Source of the DNA: a virus
Lineage: Duplodnaviria > Caudoviricetes
Direction: 5' to 3' (one strand)
IMG/VR virus record: IMGVR_UViG_3300037991_002586
Location: 1 to 29,570 of that record
Length of the DNA stretch: 29,570 nucleotides
Part shown: positions 17,265 through 26,571 of the stretch, in pieces
Layout of the letters: each line of letters opens with the position of its first letter
Position numbering within the stretch: position 1 is the stretch's first letter
Notes under the pieces: model-generated
The model's database searches: none
Told to the model about the DNA's origin: nothing
Seen by the model: the letters and a program-made list of their open reading frames with translations, nothing else
Made by a program: the position numbers and the translations under genes

Positions 17265-18416
17265 TTATTTTCGTCCTCTTCTGATTTTAAATTTAAAGGT
17301 ATCAGAATTATCACCTAACACTTTGTACTTAACACCTCCAACTTCTACTTCGCTATGTGATTGTCTAGGAGCCATATCGACATTTTTAGATTTTTCCACT
17401 GAATCTTTCAGTGCATCTACTTTGCCTTGCTCATAGAAATGTCTAGCTAAAGTATCAGCGTTCATTGCTGTATACAAAGCTTTATGATACCCATTAGCGT
17501 CTTTTATACTATTATCCTCGTTTAGAAACCTTCTAACAAAATTAGTCATATCGCTTTGAACTTCTTTAACTTGATCTACATTTTGAACTTTGATTCTATA
17601 GCTTTTGTCTCCAACAGAATAATCAAACCCTTGAAAATCGTTAAACACTTTACTAGTAGCATCGTCAAAAAGCTGTTTGTTTTTATCAGCCAAAGCTTTT
17701 TGCTCTTGAGCATCTTTGTTGTACCTATTAAAAAAGTCTACAGCCTTTTGTTGATCTTGAGTAAGATTACTTCCAGCTTTAACTTCATTATAGTACTTAG
17801 ACTTTTGCCCGTCTAAATAGGCTTTAGCGCTAGCAACTTGCTCTTTTAACGCTAGTTTTTTTCTTTTAATATCTTTCTCATCATCTAACTCTTCGTCGTA
17901 AGAAAACTGATCTTCCATCATAAAACTTATTTCTTCTGACGTTAGATGAGGTTTAGTCTTTTTATAATATTCAAGTAAAGCAGACTGATTATCTAGCTCA
18001 GAATAATCTTTATTTAAAGCTACATAGTCTTCAAGACTGCCACCTGTTTGCTTCATAAACTCAATTAGTTTATCTAAGCCTTCAGGTAAAGATTCACTTG
18101 CTGTAGATGTTTCTTTAACTTCTTCAACAACTTGTTCTTGTTCTACCGGCTTATCTTCTTCTTGCGCAGCTCCTTCATTTACAACTTCTTCAATAGTTGT
18201 TTCAGGCTCAGCTGAAGCTTCTTGCTCTTGAACTGGAGGTTTAGTTAAATCTACTTTAGCAACCTCTTGCTCTTGAACTTCTTCTTGTTCTTTTTTAACA
18301 CTTAAGTCAACCTTAATAGGTTCGTTACTTTTATTGTTAAACTTTTTTGGTCGTTTCTTGATAGTTTGTTTTTCAACAACGTTATCTACAACTGGTGTTT
18401 CTTTTTGTTCGTCCAT
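17265..18416 (-). CDS. Probable capsid scaffolding protein (383 aa)
   Basis: Glu/Gln-rich disordered N-terminus followed by a helical core, located between portal and MCP. Confidence 0.7.
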   Translation of the reverse strand: MDEQKETPVVDNVVEKQTIKKRPKKFNNKSNEPIKVDLSVKKEQEEVQEQEVAKVDLTKPPVQEQEASAEPETTIEEVVNEGAAQEEDKPVEQEQVVEEVKETSTASESLPEGLDKLIEFMKQTGGSLEDYVALNKDYSELDNQSALLEYYKKTKPHLTSEEISFMMEDQFSYDEELDDEKDIKRKKLALKEQVASAKAYLDGQKSKYYNEVKAGSNLTQDQQKAVDFFNRYNKDAQEQKALADKNKQLFDDATSKVFNDFQGFDYSVGDKSYRIKVQNVDQVKEVQSDMTNFVRRFLNEDNSIKDANGYHKALYTAMNADTLARHFYEQGKVDALKDSVEKSKNVDMAPRQSHSEVEVGGVKYKVLGDNSDTFKFKIRRGRK

Positions 18417-18433
18417 AATAAAATATTAAATAA

Positions 18434-20851
18434 TTATTCGTTAAGTAATTCATCAAGCCCAGTACCACCCATCAAATCGTTGCCAGATGACTCGAATTTT
18501 TTAGGTGGCATGTCTTGCTTTCTTTGGTTTATAAGCTCGCTTTGTTGACTAGCTTGTATTCTAGTTCTTTCATCTTTACGATCTTCTTTGCTAGTCTCTC
18601 TACCTTTTATAGTTTCAGCTTGCATTTTAGCTAATTGAGAGTTGTAGTTAAACTCTAACTCCATAAGTTCTTTTTTAAACTCAACTTCTTGCCTCATCTC
18701 GTTTACTTTAAAAGCTGATTTAGCTTCTGCTAACTGTAGTTCTTGCTGAACTTCGTTGTTTTTCTTTTGCATCTCAGACTGAGCAGCAGCTTCAGTGTTT
18801 TGAGCATTAGCTTGAGCTTGAGCAGCTATGTTTTCTTGCTGCATAATTTGATCACGCTTAACTTTCTTTTTTCTTCTTATTTTTAAAAGTTGATTAGCTA
18901 GTGTTACGTTTTTAATATCTCTTAAATCAATAGCATCCTCTAAATCTATAAGCTTAGCTTGAAGTGCCATTTGTATATTGTTTTCTAGTTTTGCTTTTTC
19001 TTCTTCATCTGGAGCAAGCTCTATAAATATACCAAAGTCATACAAGTGTAAGTTAGCCATTTCGTCTAACGTGCCAACGTTGTGAGCGCCTATGGCTTGT
19101 ATAAAAGCATCTCTAGTTGGAGAGTACTCTAGTATGTCAGATATTCTAAGAGATAAAGATTCTGCTACTTGAGAAGTTAAAAACAAACTAGACTGTAGTA
19201 TATGTCTTGTAGCTGTATTACTATTAGCCGCAGCTAGTTTTTGAACACCTACTAAAGCATTTTTATCTGGCGTACTACCATCTCTAGCCTCGTTTAATCC
19301 TGTTACATCACGTATCATACTAAGATAATAGTTATATGTTTGTATTAAACTAGCTAGCTTAGCGTTACCACCATCACTTCTTATTTCTTGTATAGGTGTT
19401 TTACTTCCAGATGGATCACCCATTTCGTTAAGCGACCTACCAACAATACTACCTGTTTGAAAGAACATGTTTAAAGCTTCTTGTGGATTATAGTTTGTTC
19501 CATTACCAAGATCTACTTCTGCTAGAGCGTCTACATCTAAGTATACACCATCTGGCACCATACGCGACATTACTTGCTGAAGCTTTAAATGCGTTAGCTG
19601 TATCATATCTGCAAATGTAGTTATACGGCTAACTAAAGATTCTATTTTGCCGTTGTACATTCTAGGCGCTACCATAGCATAATTCATTTTTACCTTAGTG
19701 TAATCACTCTTAGGTCTCATCATGTTACGCGCTTTATTCCACTTCAGTAATATATCAGTACCTAAAACTATAGCGCCTTCATATAGACACTCTATTGATC
19801 TTTGTAATCTAGTAAAATCACCTTCTTTGTCTGAAGGAGGATTAAAAGTATCTGGCTTTGGTATTGCTTTTTCAGTACCAGCGTTAGTAGTTTTAACTTT
19901 ATATGTATCGTTGCTAAATGTTTTATAGTTAAAATATAAAACTTGTATTTTGTTTTTGTCTGCTTTGTTTTCACCAGAGTATACGCTAGTTCTATATTTA
20001 CCGTTGTATACGTTGTTTTTGCTTCTTATATCGTCTAGCTGTTGAACATCAAGCTCAGGGAATTGTTTAGCTAACTCATTTATAGGTATAGATTTAACCT
20101 CACCAACATAATATATATCTTCAAAGTAAGGTGAGTCTGAATAAGAGTAAACTAAGTTAGCTGGATCAACATAGTCTATAGTAACGCCTTCAGAAGTATT
20201 AAAGTTTGTTTTTACTGCCGCTATACCTAGTACTGCTAAATCATAATTAAGTCTTCTTCTAGTTAGGTCAAAGTTATTGCCTCTCATTAAAACATTTATA
20301 GCTTGCTCTTCAGCTAACTCAACTTCTTGCTTATATGTTAACTGCATGTGCAGCTTTAGCTCTTCCTCGCTGTCGGGTAGTACATCTTTTGGAACTTTTC
20401 TTACGTTTACCTTTAAAGCTTTTTCAGAAAACTCGTAAAAGTCTTGCAGCTTCATCTCGTCAATAACCATCTGCATATACTCAGTTCTTTTATAAACTCC
20501 GTAAGGATCTTGTGAATATGCTTTTACTTCGTAAGTTCTTTGCGACATACCGTTAACTACTATGTCAACAAACTTAGGTATAATAGGTACAGGTTTCCAG
20601 TCTAAGTTTAAGTAGCTTAAGTCGCCGTTAATTGACAACTCGTCTTTATATTTTTCTATAGACTGTTCACCTCTAGCGTACAGTCTTAATTTATGAAATT
20701 GTTGTTGATTTTTAGAATATCTATTTGACGAAGAATAAAACCACTCATGCTCTATAGCCTTAGCTACTTTTAAGCCATATTCTGATGTCATTTTTTCTAA
20801 GTCACTTACTGTTTGACTAGGAAAGTAATCTCTAACTATTGGTTCAGCCAT
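18434..20851 (-). CDS. Portal protein (805 aa)
   Basis: Directly after terL with an 8-nt overlap. LDWKPVPIIPKFVDIVVNG and IRDVTGLNEARDGS motifs, plus a long C-terminal Gln/Glu coiled coil like the P22-type portal barrel. Confidence 0.85.
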   Translation of the reverse strand: MAEPIVRDYFPSQTVSDLEKMTSEYGLKVAKAIEHEWFYSSSNRYSKNQQQFHKLRLYARGEQSIEKYKDELSINGDLSYLNLDWKPVPIIPKFVDIVVNGMSQRTYEVKAYSQDPYGVYKRTEYMQMVIDEMKLQDFYEFSEKALKVNVRKVPKDVLPDSEEELKLHMQLTYKQEVELAEEQAINVLMRGNNFDLTRRRLNYDLAVLGIAAVKTNFNTSEGVTIDYVDPANLVYSYSDSPYFEDIYYVGEVKSIPINELAKQFPELDVQQLDDIRSKNNVYNGKYRTSVYSGENKADKNKIQVLYFNYKTFSNDTYKVKTTNAGTEKAIPKPDTFNPPSDKEGDFTRLQRSIECLYEGAIVLGTDILLKWNKARNMMRPKSDYTKVKMNYAMVAPRMYNGKIESLVSRITTFADMIQLTHLKLQQVMSRMVPDGVYLDVDALAEVDLGNGTNYNPQEALNMFFQTGSIVGRSLNEMGDPSGSKTPIQEIRSDGGNAKLASLIQTYNYYLSMIRDVTGLNEARDGSTPDKNALVGVQKLAAANSNTATRHILQSSLFLTSQVAESLSLRISDILEYSPTRDAFIQAIGAHNVGTLDEMANLHLYDFGIFIELAPDEEEKAKLENNIQMALQAKLIDLEDAIDLRDIKNVTLANQLLKIRRKKKVKRDQIMQQENIAAQAQANAQNTEAAAQSEMQKKNNEVQQELQLAEAKSAFKVNEMRQEVEFKKELMELEFNYNSQLAKMQAETIKGRETSKEDRKDERTRIQASQQSELINQRKQDMPPKKFESSGNDLMGGTGLDELLNE

Positions 20852-23063
20852 TGTTAATTATTTTAGAGGTACTACCTCTGTTATTATATTTAGCTATGTT
20901 TATACTAACTGGTTGTCTTTTTACAGACTGCCTTGGTGTATACAAATGCCTATTGCAAGCCATTATAGCTAATCCAGAACTAATCGTAGCATCAAACTTA
21001 GTTCTTTTGTTTATATCAAACTTAGCCCAGTCTTGCAACGTTTCGTTAAAGTATATATTACCAAAGTTACCGTCTTCTTTAATTCCAACGTGATCGTTAA
21101 TATACATCTCAATAGCTGAAGCGTGAGCTTGCTTAATGTCTTCGCTAGAGTTTGGTATGCCACCAACTTCTTTTTCTGCAACTGACAATTTATTCCAAAT
21201 TTTATCTGGTCTGTTCATACTATAACCTCTATAGCCTCTACGCTTTAAATGATATAATAATCTTGGTTTATTGTTCTCTGCGAGAAGTGGCATGCCGTAA
21301 AATACTAATGACATTAATACGTCTTCAAAAAATATTTCAGCGGTTGGTGGTCTTGATATATATTCTAGAAAAAAATGATTAGCAGGAGCGTCTTCCATGC
21401 TAAACTTAGTTAATCCATGAAGAGATCCGTTGGATCCTCGACCATCAACAGTACCGCTAATATCATAACTATCGCAGCCAAAAGCGCCCATGTGCTCGTT
21501 CCCAGGATATTTAACTCCATTTTTTACTATTATATTATTTTGTATTTCTAAATTAGGTACCCAACTAATTTTAAATCTTCCGTCTTGATTAGGAGTAAAT
21601 ATTACTCTTGTATCTTTAACACCGTTTTCCCACTGAAAATTACCAGTTACTACAGCGCCAGACTCTCTGTTACCTTCATTAAAATCTATTTGCTCGTAAA
21701 TCTTAATTAGATTAAACAAGCTGTTCTTCGTTTCATCTCTAAACGCATGTTCTTCAGTTCTTGGAAACTGACGATAAAATTCGTTTAAAGCATCTTGATC
21801 ACTTTTAAGTCCTTCAACTTCATTGTTCCAGTGATCAACAACTCCAACATCTATTAGTTGACCGTCTGGTCCACTACATTGTCGTGTTGGGGTATCAAAA
21901 ACTGGTCGTCCATACTCATCAATAAATCCTTCGTAGTTCCATTCCATTGGGATAAACAAAGAATATAAACCAGAGCGTGTTTGACCATTTCTATTTCTTT
22001 TAGTTACATCACTATCGTAATATAACTTTTTAAAATTATTACCACCTTTGTCTAACGAGTTACTAGTAGAACCCATCATACATTTACCAACTACACGAGC
22101 ACCTAGCCTTAAACAAGTTTTAGTTACTCGCCAGTTGTTTAGAATATTATCAGGCCTTTCCCACTTACCACTTTCATCGTGCACTAACAGGTTAAGCTTT
22201 TCACCATCGTAGCTGTTATCACCTGTGTTTTTCCAATCAATAGTAGTGTCAAGTCCAACCAGCTCTTCCTGCTTTTCGTTTGCCGTAATTTTTCTACGCG
22301 TAAACTTACTTGCAGGTACACGATAAGCAAGTTCACTTTTAGGTCGGTCCATACCGTCTTGTATCGGTTTAAAGAAAAACGGATAGTTGACAGATATTGG
22401 TACAACCTTATCGGTAAACATCTTTTTAGCATCAGCACCACTTTTAGATAGTATTCCATATCTAGCATCACTTGATATAGTAGCTAAGTTAACCGTTTCA
22501 GCTGAACTCATAAACGAAAAACCACTACGTCTGTTCTTTAAATAGCACATGCCGTAGCAGCGTTTATCAGCTTTACATGCCTCCCAAAATATAAAAAACA
22601 GTCTGTTGGCCTCTCTAAAATCTGGAGCACCTACATCTATTTTACTCCATTGAAGATACATGTAATGACTACCTGTTATATACGTAGGCTCATCACCGTT
22701 TATAAACCAAAAGCCTTCGTCACGACGTTTAAACTCTTCGTCTATATAGTCATACCACTGGTCTTTCGCTTCTTCAGGGTAAGCTCTCCAATCAAATATA
22801 CTTTTTAGTTTACCTAACTCTTTAGGATAATTTATCCTTTGCCATTTGTTTTTGGCAGGCACGTACACTGATTGCGGTTTAGCCGGCAACCCAATTCGCA
22901 AATTTTGAATCTCCAGTATTTGTCCAATGCGTCCAGTTTTACTGATAACCACGATATCGTGTTCTTTATTATATCCATAATCCCATTTACGTTTTTTGTT
23001 AAGTCGACTTATAGTTGTCTTCTTAACTGGTTCAACAATTTTATATAGTGTTTGCTCGTGCAT
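20844..23063 (-). CDS. terL: Terminase large subunit (739 aa)
   Basis: Walker A-like LKNRRSGFS, Walker B LLVHDESGKW, coupling motif MGST, and RNase H-like nuclease GCDSYD...AENNK...DATISSG. Confidence 0.9.
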   Translation of the reverse strand: MHEQTLYKIVEPVKKTTISRLNKKRKWDYGYNKEHDIVVISKTGRIGQILEIQNLRIGLPAKPQSVYVPAKNKWQRINYPKELGKLKSIFDWRAYPEEAKDQWYDYIDEEFKRRDEGFWFINGDEPTYITGSHYMYLQWSKIDVGAPDFREANRLFFIFWEACKADKRCYGMCYLKNRRSGFSFMSSAETVNLATISSDARYGILSKSGADAKKMFTDKVVPISVNYPFFFKPIQDGMDRPKSELAYRVPASKFTRRKITANEKQEELVGLDTTIDWKNTGDNSYDGEKLNLLVHDESGKWERPDNILNNWRVTKTCLRLGARVVGKCMMGSTSNSLDKGGNNFKKLYYDSDVTKRNRNGQTRSGLYSLFIPMEWNYEGFIDEYGRPVFDTPTRQCSGPDGQLIDVGVVDHWNNEVEGLKSDQDALNEFYRQFPRTEEHAFRDETKNSLFNLIKIYEQIDFNEGNRESGAVVTGNFQWENGVKDTRVIFTPNQDGRFKISWVPNLEIQNNIIVKNGVKYPGNEHMGAFGCDSYDISGTVDGRGSNGSLHGLTKFSMEDAPANHFFLEYISRPPTAEIFFEDVLMSLVFYGMPLLAENNKPRLLYHLKRRGYRGYSMNRPDKIWNKLSVAEKEVGGIPNSSEDIKQAHASAIEMYINDHVGIKEDGNFGNIYFNETLQDWAKFDINKRTKFDATISSGLAIMACNRHLYTPRQSVKRQPVSINIAKYNNRGSTSKIINNG

Positions 23064-23341
23064 TACTTAGATCTTCCTTCAGCAAAGCCTTTAAACACTC
23101 TTTCTTTTTTCTCTTCAGGTTCTTTACCTTCTAATATATTTTCTTCTTCTTGTATACGGTTAAGTATTTCAAAAGCATCGAATATAGCTAGCTTTTTTGT
23201 AGCCGCTGCATTTTTTAATCTGTCAGCAGAAACATCATCATCTGTATTTGTAATAATCTGCTCTTGCGCAACTTTGATTAATTCATCAACTGCTTTACGC
23301 CCAGCTAGGATTATACGCTTCTTCGTTTCCTTTATGCTCAT
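23063..23341 (-). CDS. Putative terminase small subunit (92 aa)
   Basis: Small helical ORF coupled to terL by a TAATG overlap. Assignment is from position only. Confidence 0.5.
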   Translation of the reverse strand: MSIKETKKRIILAGRKAVDELIKVAQEQIITNTDDDVSADRLKNAAATKKLAIFDAFEILNRIQEEENILEGKEPEEKKERVFKGFAEGRSK

Positions 23342-23870
23342 ATTGTATTGAAATGTCTGTTGAGTGTATTCTATATAATCTTTGGTTGTTTATAATAAAT
23401 TCAAACTCACACTCAGGCGTAAAACCTATTATATCGCCTTTGTTTGTTTGTGAGTTAGGATATATAACTAAACCTTTTAGTCTTGCTTCTTTTTCTCCTA
23501 GTAAGTTGTTAGTTTCTTTTAGTGGCATTACAAAGCAAAAGTCTTTATAAGACCGCCAGCCATTACCTTTGTTTACTAAAAATATTTGATCTTCCCAGCA
23601 AAAATATAAATCTTCTTTAAAATAAGATCTACTATTTTTTTCTACACCTCTAACGTCATACCATCTTCTAAATATGTTATGATGCACTATAAGCTTGTCG
23701 CCAGGTTTTAGATCGCTATTACTAGGTGGTATAACAAGTTCAGCTTCTCTATTTATATAATGGTGATTAGATATTTCAGAGTTTATTATTAGCTTTTTAC
23801 TACCAACTTGTTTTACGTTGTTATATCTTTCACCTACAGGCTTTATTAAATATCTATCTATAGTTTTCAA
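23295..23870 (-). CDS. Tandem double GroES-like co-chaperonin (191 aa)
   Basis: Two GroES-like repeats: DRYLIKP...KLII...LKPGDKLIV...LYFCWEDQIF and DFCFVMP...KGLVI...KGDIIGF...INNQRLYRIHSTDI. TTG start in a TTGA overlap. Confidence 0.6.
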   Translation of the reverse strand: MKTIDRYLIKPVGERYNNVKQVGSKKLIINSEISNHHYINREAELVIPPSNSDLKPGDKLIVHHNIFRRWYDVRGVEKNSRSYFKEDLYFCWEDQIFLVNKGNGWRSYKDFCFVMPLKETNNLLGEKEARLKGLVIYPNSQTNKGDIIGFTPECEFEFIINNQRLYRIHSTDISIQYEHKGNEEAYNPSWA

Positions 23871-24106
23871 TTAAATTCTAAATTATATTCTACTGATATA
23901 GCCATGTTCTTATTAAAACTTTTCCACGGCATAACCTCTTTGTTCTTGCATATATATATGCTATACTTGTCTTTTTCTTCTATTATATCAGATATTACAT
24001 GACCTCCGTAGACCTCTTGGCCTACAGAGTAATGCATTGAATCTATTTTATAATCTTTACCTATACTAATTTTTCTTATATTATTAGTCGTATTTAATTG
24101 TTCCAT
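23867..24106 (-). CDS. Conserved small phage protein (about 79 aa), function unknown
   Basis: The track gives 23867-24145. The in-frame ATG at 24106 (MEQLNTTNNIRKISIGKDY) minimises overlap with the upstream gene. Confidence 0.65.
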   Translation of the reverse strand: MEQLNTTNNIRKISIGKDYKIDSMHYSVGQEVYGGHVISDIIEEKDKYSIYICKNKEVMPWKSFNKNMAISVEYNLEFN

Positions 24107-24338
24107 CACTAATGTCAATATTAACTGTTCCGTAATCTTTTTCAAGCTCGTCTTGCAAATCTTTTAGTGTAGCTCTATAGTCAACAGTTTGGTGAAGCAA
24201 CTCGTGTTTCTGTGACTCTAGAGATCCTATTTGTACGTTAAGAGAGTTTAAACCTTTAACAACTGCTTGAAGTCTTTGCAGTTGATTGTTAGAAATTTTT
24301 GAAGCCTTCTTAGGCTTTGGTGTTTTTACTTTTGCCAT
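24084..24338 (-). CDS. Small coiled-coil protein (84 aa)
   Basis: Heptad-rich helix followed by YGTVNIDISDGTI beta-hairpin, with a good AT-rich start context. Confidence 0.7.
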   Translation of the reverse strand: MAKVKTPKPKKASKISNNQLQRLQAVVKGLNSLNVQIGSLESQKHELLHQTVDYRATLKDLQDELEKDYGTVNIDISDGTIKYD

Positions 24339-24349
24339 AATATAAAATT

Positions 24350-24775
24350 TTAGTTGCTCTTTTCTACTGCTTCGTTTTTCTTTGACGAGCCACCAAAGAA
24401 GAAGTCGATTATTGTATTTACTTTAGCACTCATAGCGCCAAAGATGGTTGATATAAAGCTAATCTCAAACTCGCCTAGCTCTATTGTTTTAGTTACAAAA
24501 TAGTTAAACATTACAAACGTAATACCAAAGTACGCTACAGTAAATAACGTTGCTAATACTTTTTGAATAATAGCATCATCTTTATACATTTCTCTTGCAG
24601 ACTTGCGATCTTCAACTTCTTTTGCAAACGCTTCACGCTCTGCATCAAGAAGTAGCTTTTTAAGAGCAAGCTTAGCCTCGTCGCGTTCTTTGTCTGTAGT
24701 AATGACTTTATCAAGTATGCCTTCTGCATTATCTACTATTTTACCAAACAAACCTCCTACTAAGTTGTTTATCAT
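24350..24775 (-). CDS. Holin-like membrane protein (141 aa)
   Basis: Amphipathic N-terminus, EVEDRKSAREM linker, two hydrophobic segments and DFFFGGSS end, as in 3TM-holin-like phage proteins. Confidence 0.65.
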   Translation of the reverse strand: MINNLVGGLFGKIVDNAEGILDKVITTDKERDEAKLALKKLLLDAEREAFAKEVEDRKSAREMYKDDAIIQKVLATLFTVAYFGITFVMFNYFVTKTIELGEFEISFISTIFGAMSAKVNTIIDFFFGGSSKKNEAVEKSN

Positions 24776-25101
24776 TACTTTGGATTTGATAAATAAAATC
24801 TAGCGCCAGCGTCTCCAAGATCAGACTTTTCTTGCATAACAACGTATTTTCTGTCTGTGCCAGACTCTACTTTGATTTCACTTAGATTACCTTCGTCTAT
24901 ATTATCAGTGTTGATTTTTGTTCCGTCAGCATCGTATATAAACGGAGGTATACCAGATCCAGTATATTGACCTTTTTTAGTTCCTTGTCCAGGTCCTTTA
25001 TCATCTTCATCACCGTTCTTATACATTGCTGTAGTGTTAGCGTGTCCTTTCATTGGCATAGCTGTCTTGTCAATAGCCACACCTTTCATTTTAAATGCCA
25101 T
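24775..25101 (-). CDS. Small protein with MAFKMKG leader (108 aa)
   Basis: Intact ORF with a TAATG overlap to the holin-like gene. Confidence 0.7.
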   Translation of the reverse strand: MAFKMKGVAIDKTAMPMKGHANTTAMYKNGDEDDKGPGQGTKKGQYTGSGIPPFIYDADGTKINTDNIDEGNLSEIKVESGTDRKYVVMQEKSDLGDAGARFYLSNPK

Positions 25102-25103
25102 AG

Positions 25104-25478
25104 TTATCTGTTTTGAAAAGCAGAAGATTTAGCTCTTCCGTCTAATGGTTTGTTTTCTTGTTTTTCTGCAGCTTTTTCCCAAGGTAAGCTACTACTACCT
25201 TCTACATACCAAGTACCATTGTATTTAATTTTACCATTAGCTCTTGGGTAAGTTTTTCCGTTGTACCTAACGTAATCATCACCATAACCAAGCTTACCTG
25301 ATCTCATGTCATCGATATGCTTCATCTCATGGTTTATAACTTCTTTTTCTTGCTTACTGTTAGGTTTTATATCTTTGTTTAAAAATATAGTACCATCATT
25401 ATTAGCTTCTCCAAGAACACCATCTTGTAAAGTTTTCCTAATTATAGGTACGTTTCTGTATTTTTGTCTGTAAGCCAT
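25104..25478 (-). CDS. Small zincin-like metallopeptidase (124 aa)
   Basis: LGEANNDGTIFLN strands, HEMKH (HExxH) at 25317-25331 and downstream LPWE supplying a candidate third ligand. Confidence 0.7.
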   Translation of the reverse strand: MAYRQKYRNVPIIRKTLQDGVLGEANNDGTIFLNKDIKPNSKQEKEVINHEMKHIDDMRSGKLGYGDDYVRYNGKTYPRANGKIKYNGTWYVEGSSSLPWEKAAEKQENKPLDGRAKSSAFQNR

Positions 25479-25481
25479 ATT

Positions 25482-25877
25482 TTACGAGTCACCAGCAAAG
25501 CCTGATCCTGTTTTTATATTTTTACCTCTTTTAATGTTCTTTACAATATTGACAGCGCCTTTTGTTTTAGCTAGAGCTTTTAAACTATTAAGTATACCTC
25601 CTCCAGCAGCGTAGCTAAAAGCTTGGCTAACTGGATCTTCACCTTTTAACACGGTTGTTGTAGAGTCTTTAACAAACTTTAAATCTTCTTGGTATTGCTT
25701 TTCTTTCTCTTGCTTTTGTTTTGTTTGCTTTGCTCTGTCTGCCGCTTGCCTTTTAAAACCCTGCATTAATAGTCTATTTTCTTCAGGCGTATTTTTACTT
25801 ATATCTATAGGCCCATTGTCTTTTAGTGGAGACATAGAGTGCTTAGACATCCAATACTTCATATTTTTTATAATCAT
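25482..25877 (-). CDS. Small basic protein (131 aa) with SPLK motif
   Basis: Intact ORF with an ATGA overlap to the upstream gene. Confidence 0.65.
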   Translation of the reverse strand: MIIKNMKYWMSKHSMSPLKDNGPIDISKNTPEENRLLMQGFKRQAADRAKQTKQKQEKEKQYQEDLKFVKDSTTTVLKGEDPVSQAFSYAAGGGILNSLKALAKTKGAVNIVKNIKRGKNIKTGSGFAGDS

Positions 25878-26314
25878 CTTTCTGGATCTTTTATCATATC
25901 ATCTATAGCTTTGTTATAAACTTTATCTGTATATGATTTATTTTTATAAAACACACTTCTATCAGATATAGGTAAATCTTCTTCAGCTAACAATATCCTG
26001 TATATTCTACTTATTAGATGATTACACTTGAAAGACGTTTTGTAAATGCTATACTTTATAGTTGTCCTGTTTCTGTGTCTCCAAGTTTCTATCCAACCTT
26101 CTTGCCTTAGCTTATCCCAACGCTTCTTGTTCCAGCTCATAATATAACTACCGTCTATAAACTCTTGTCTAGTAAATCTACCTTTACAGTCTAAGAATAT
26201 CAATAGTTCTAACTCAGCGTCTGTTAAGCCGTAAGTTTTACAAGCCCATTTTCTAACGAGCCTGTAATACTTAAACAGCTGTAACTCTCTTATATCTGCA
26301 GAGCTTAATCTCAC
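25874..26314 (-). CDS. Winged helix-turn-helix (MarR-like) DNA-binding protein (146 aa)
   Basis: YGLTDAELELLIFLDCKGRFTRQEF...WDKLRQEGWIETWR...YSIYKTSFK follows the MarR wHTH pattern. GTG start overlaps the groES stop. Confidence 0.6.
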   Translation of the reverse strand: MRLSSADIRELQLFKYYRLVRKWACKTYGLTDAELELLIFLDCKGRFTRQEFIDGSYIMSWNKKRWDKLRQEGWIETWRHRNRTTIKYSIYKTSFKCNHLISRIYRILLAEEDLPISDRSVFYKNKSYTDKVYNKAIDDMIKDPER

Positions 26315-26571
26315 TACTCTATAGCTATAATCTCTCCATAAGACAATACATGGTAAACTTTGTCGTCTACTACTACAGCGTGCGCCGCAGAGTTATTAAA
26401 GTATATAATATCATTTTCAGTTACAACCTCTGTTTTATTACCTACTGATATTACTTTAGCTTTACCATACTTTTTTTCTTGATCTATCTTTTCGTGTATA
26501 ATTAAACCAGCAATATTTTTTTGCTCTGATTTTATTTTTTCTACTATAACATAGTGATTAACTGCCTTCAT
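26314..26571 (-). CDS. groES: Co-chaperonin GroES (85 aa)
   Basis: MKAVNHYVIVEK, mobile loop AGLII, AKVISVG and VDDKVYHVLSYGEIIAI. Overlaps the groEL end by 14 nt. Confidence 0.85.
   Translation of the reverse strand: MKAVNHYVIVEKIKSEQKNIAGLIIHEKIDQEKKYGKAKVISVGNKTEVVTENDIIYFNNSAAHAVVVDDKVYHVLSYGEIIAIE

Noticed and set aside
19792-19974. 60-aa alternative-frame ORF inside the portal gene
   Set aside because: Short, with no motif or supporting signal.
21422-21437. Short inverted repeat GATCC-GTT-GGATC in terL
   Set aside because: Short stem explained by Gly-Ser codons in the coding sequence.
22184-22471. 95-aa same-strand alternative-frame ORF inside terL
   Set aside because: It overlaps the conserved ATPase core and has no recognisable motif. 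Open frames of this length in this register can arise by chance; conservation data would be needed.
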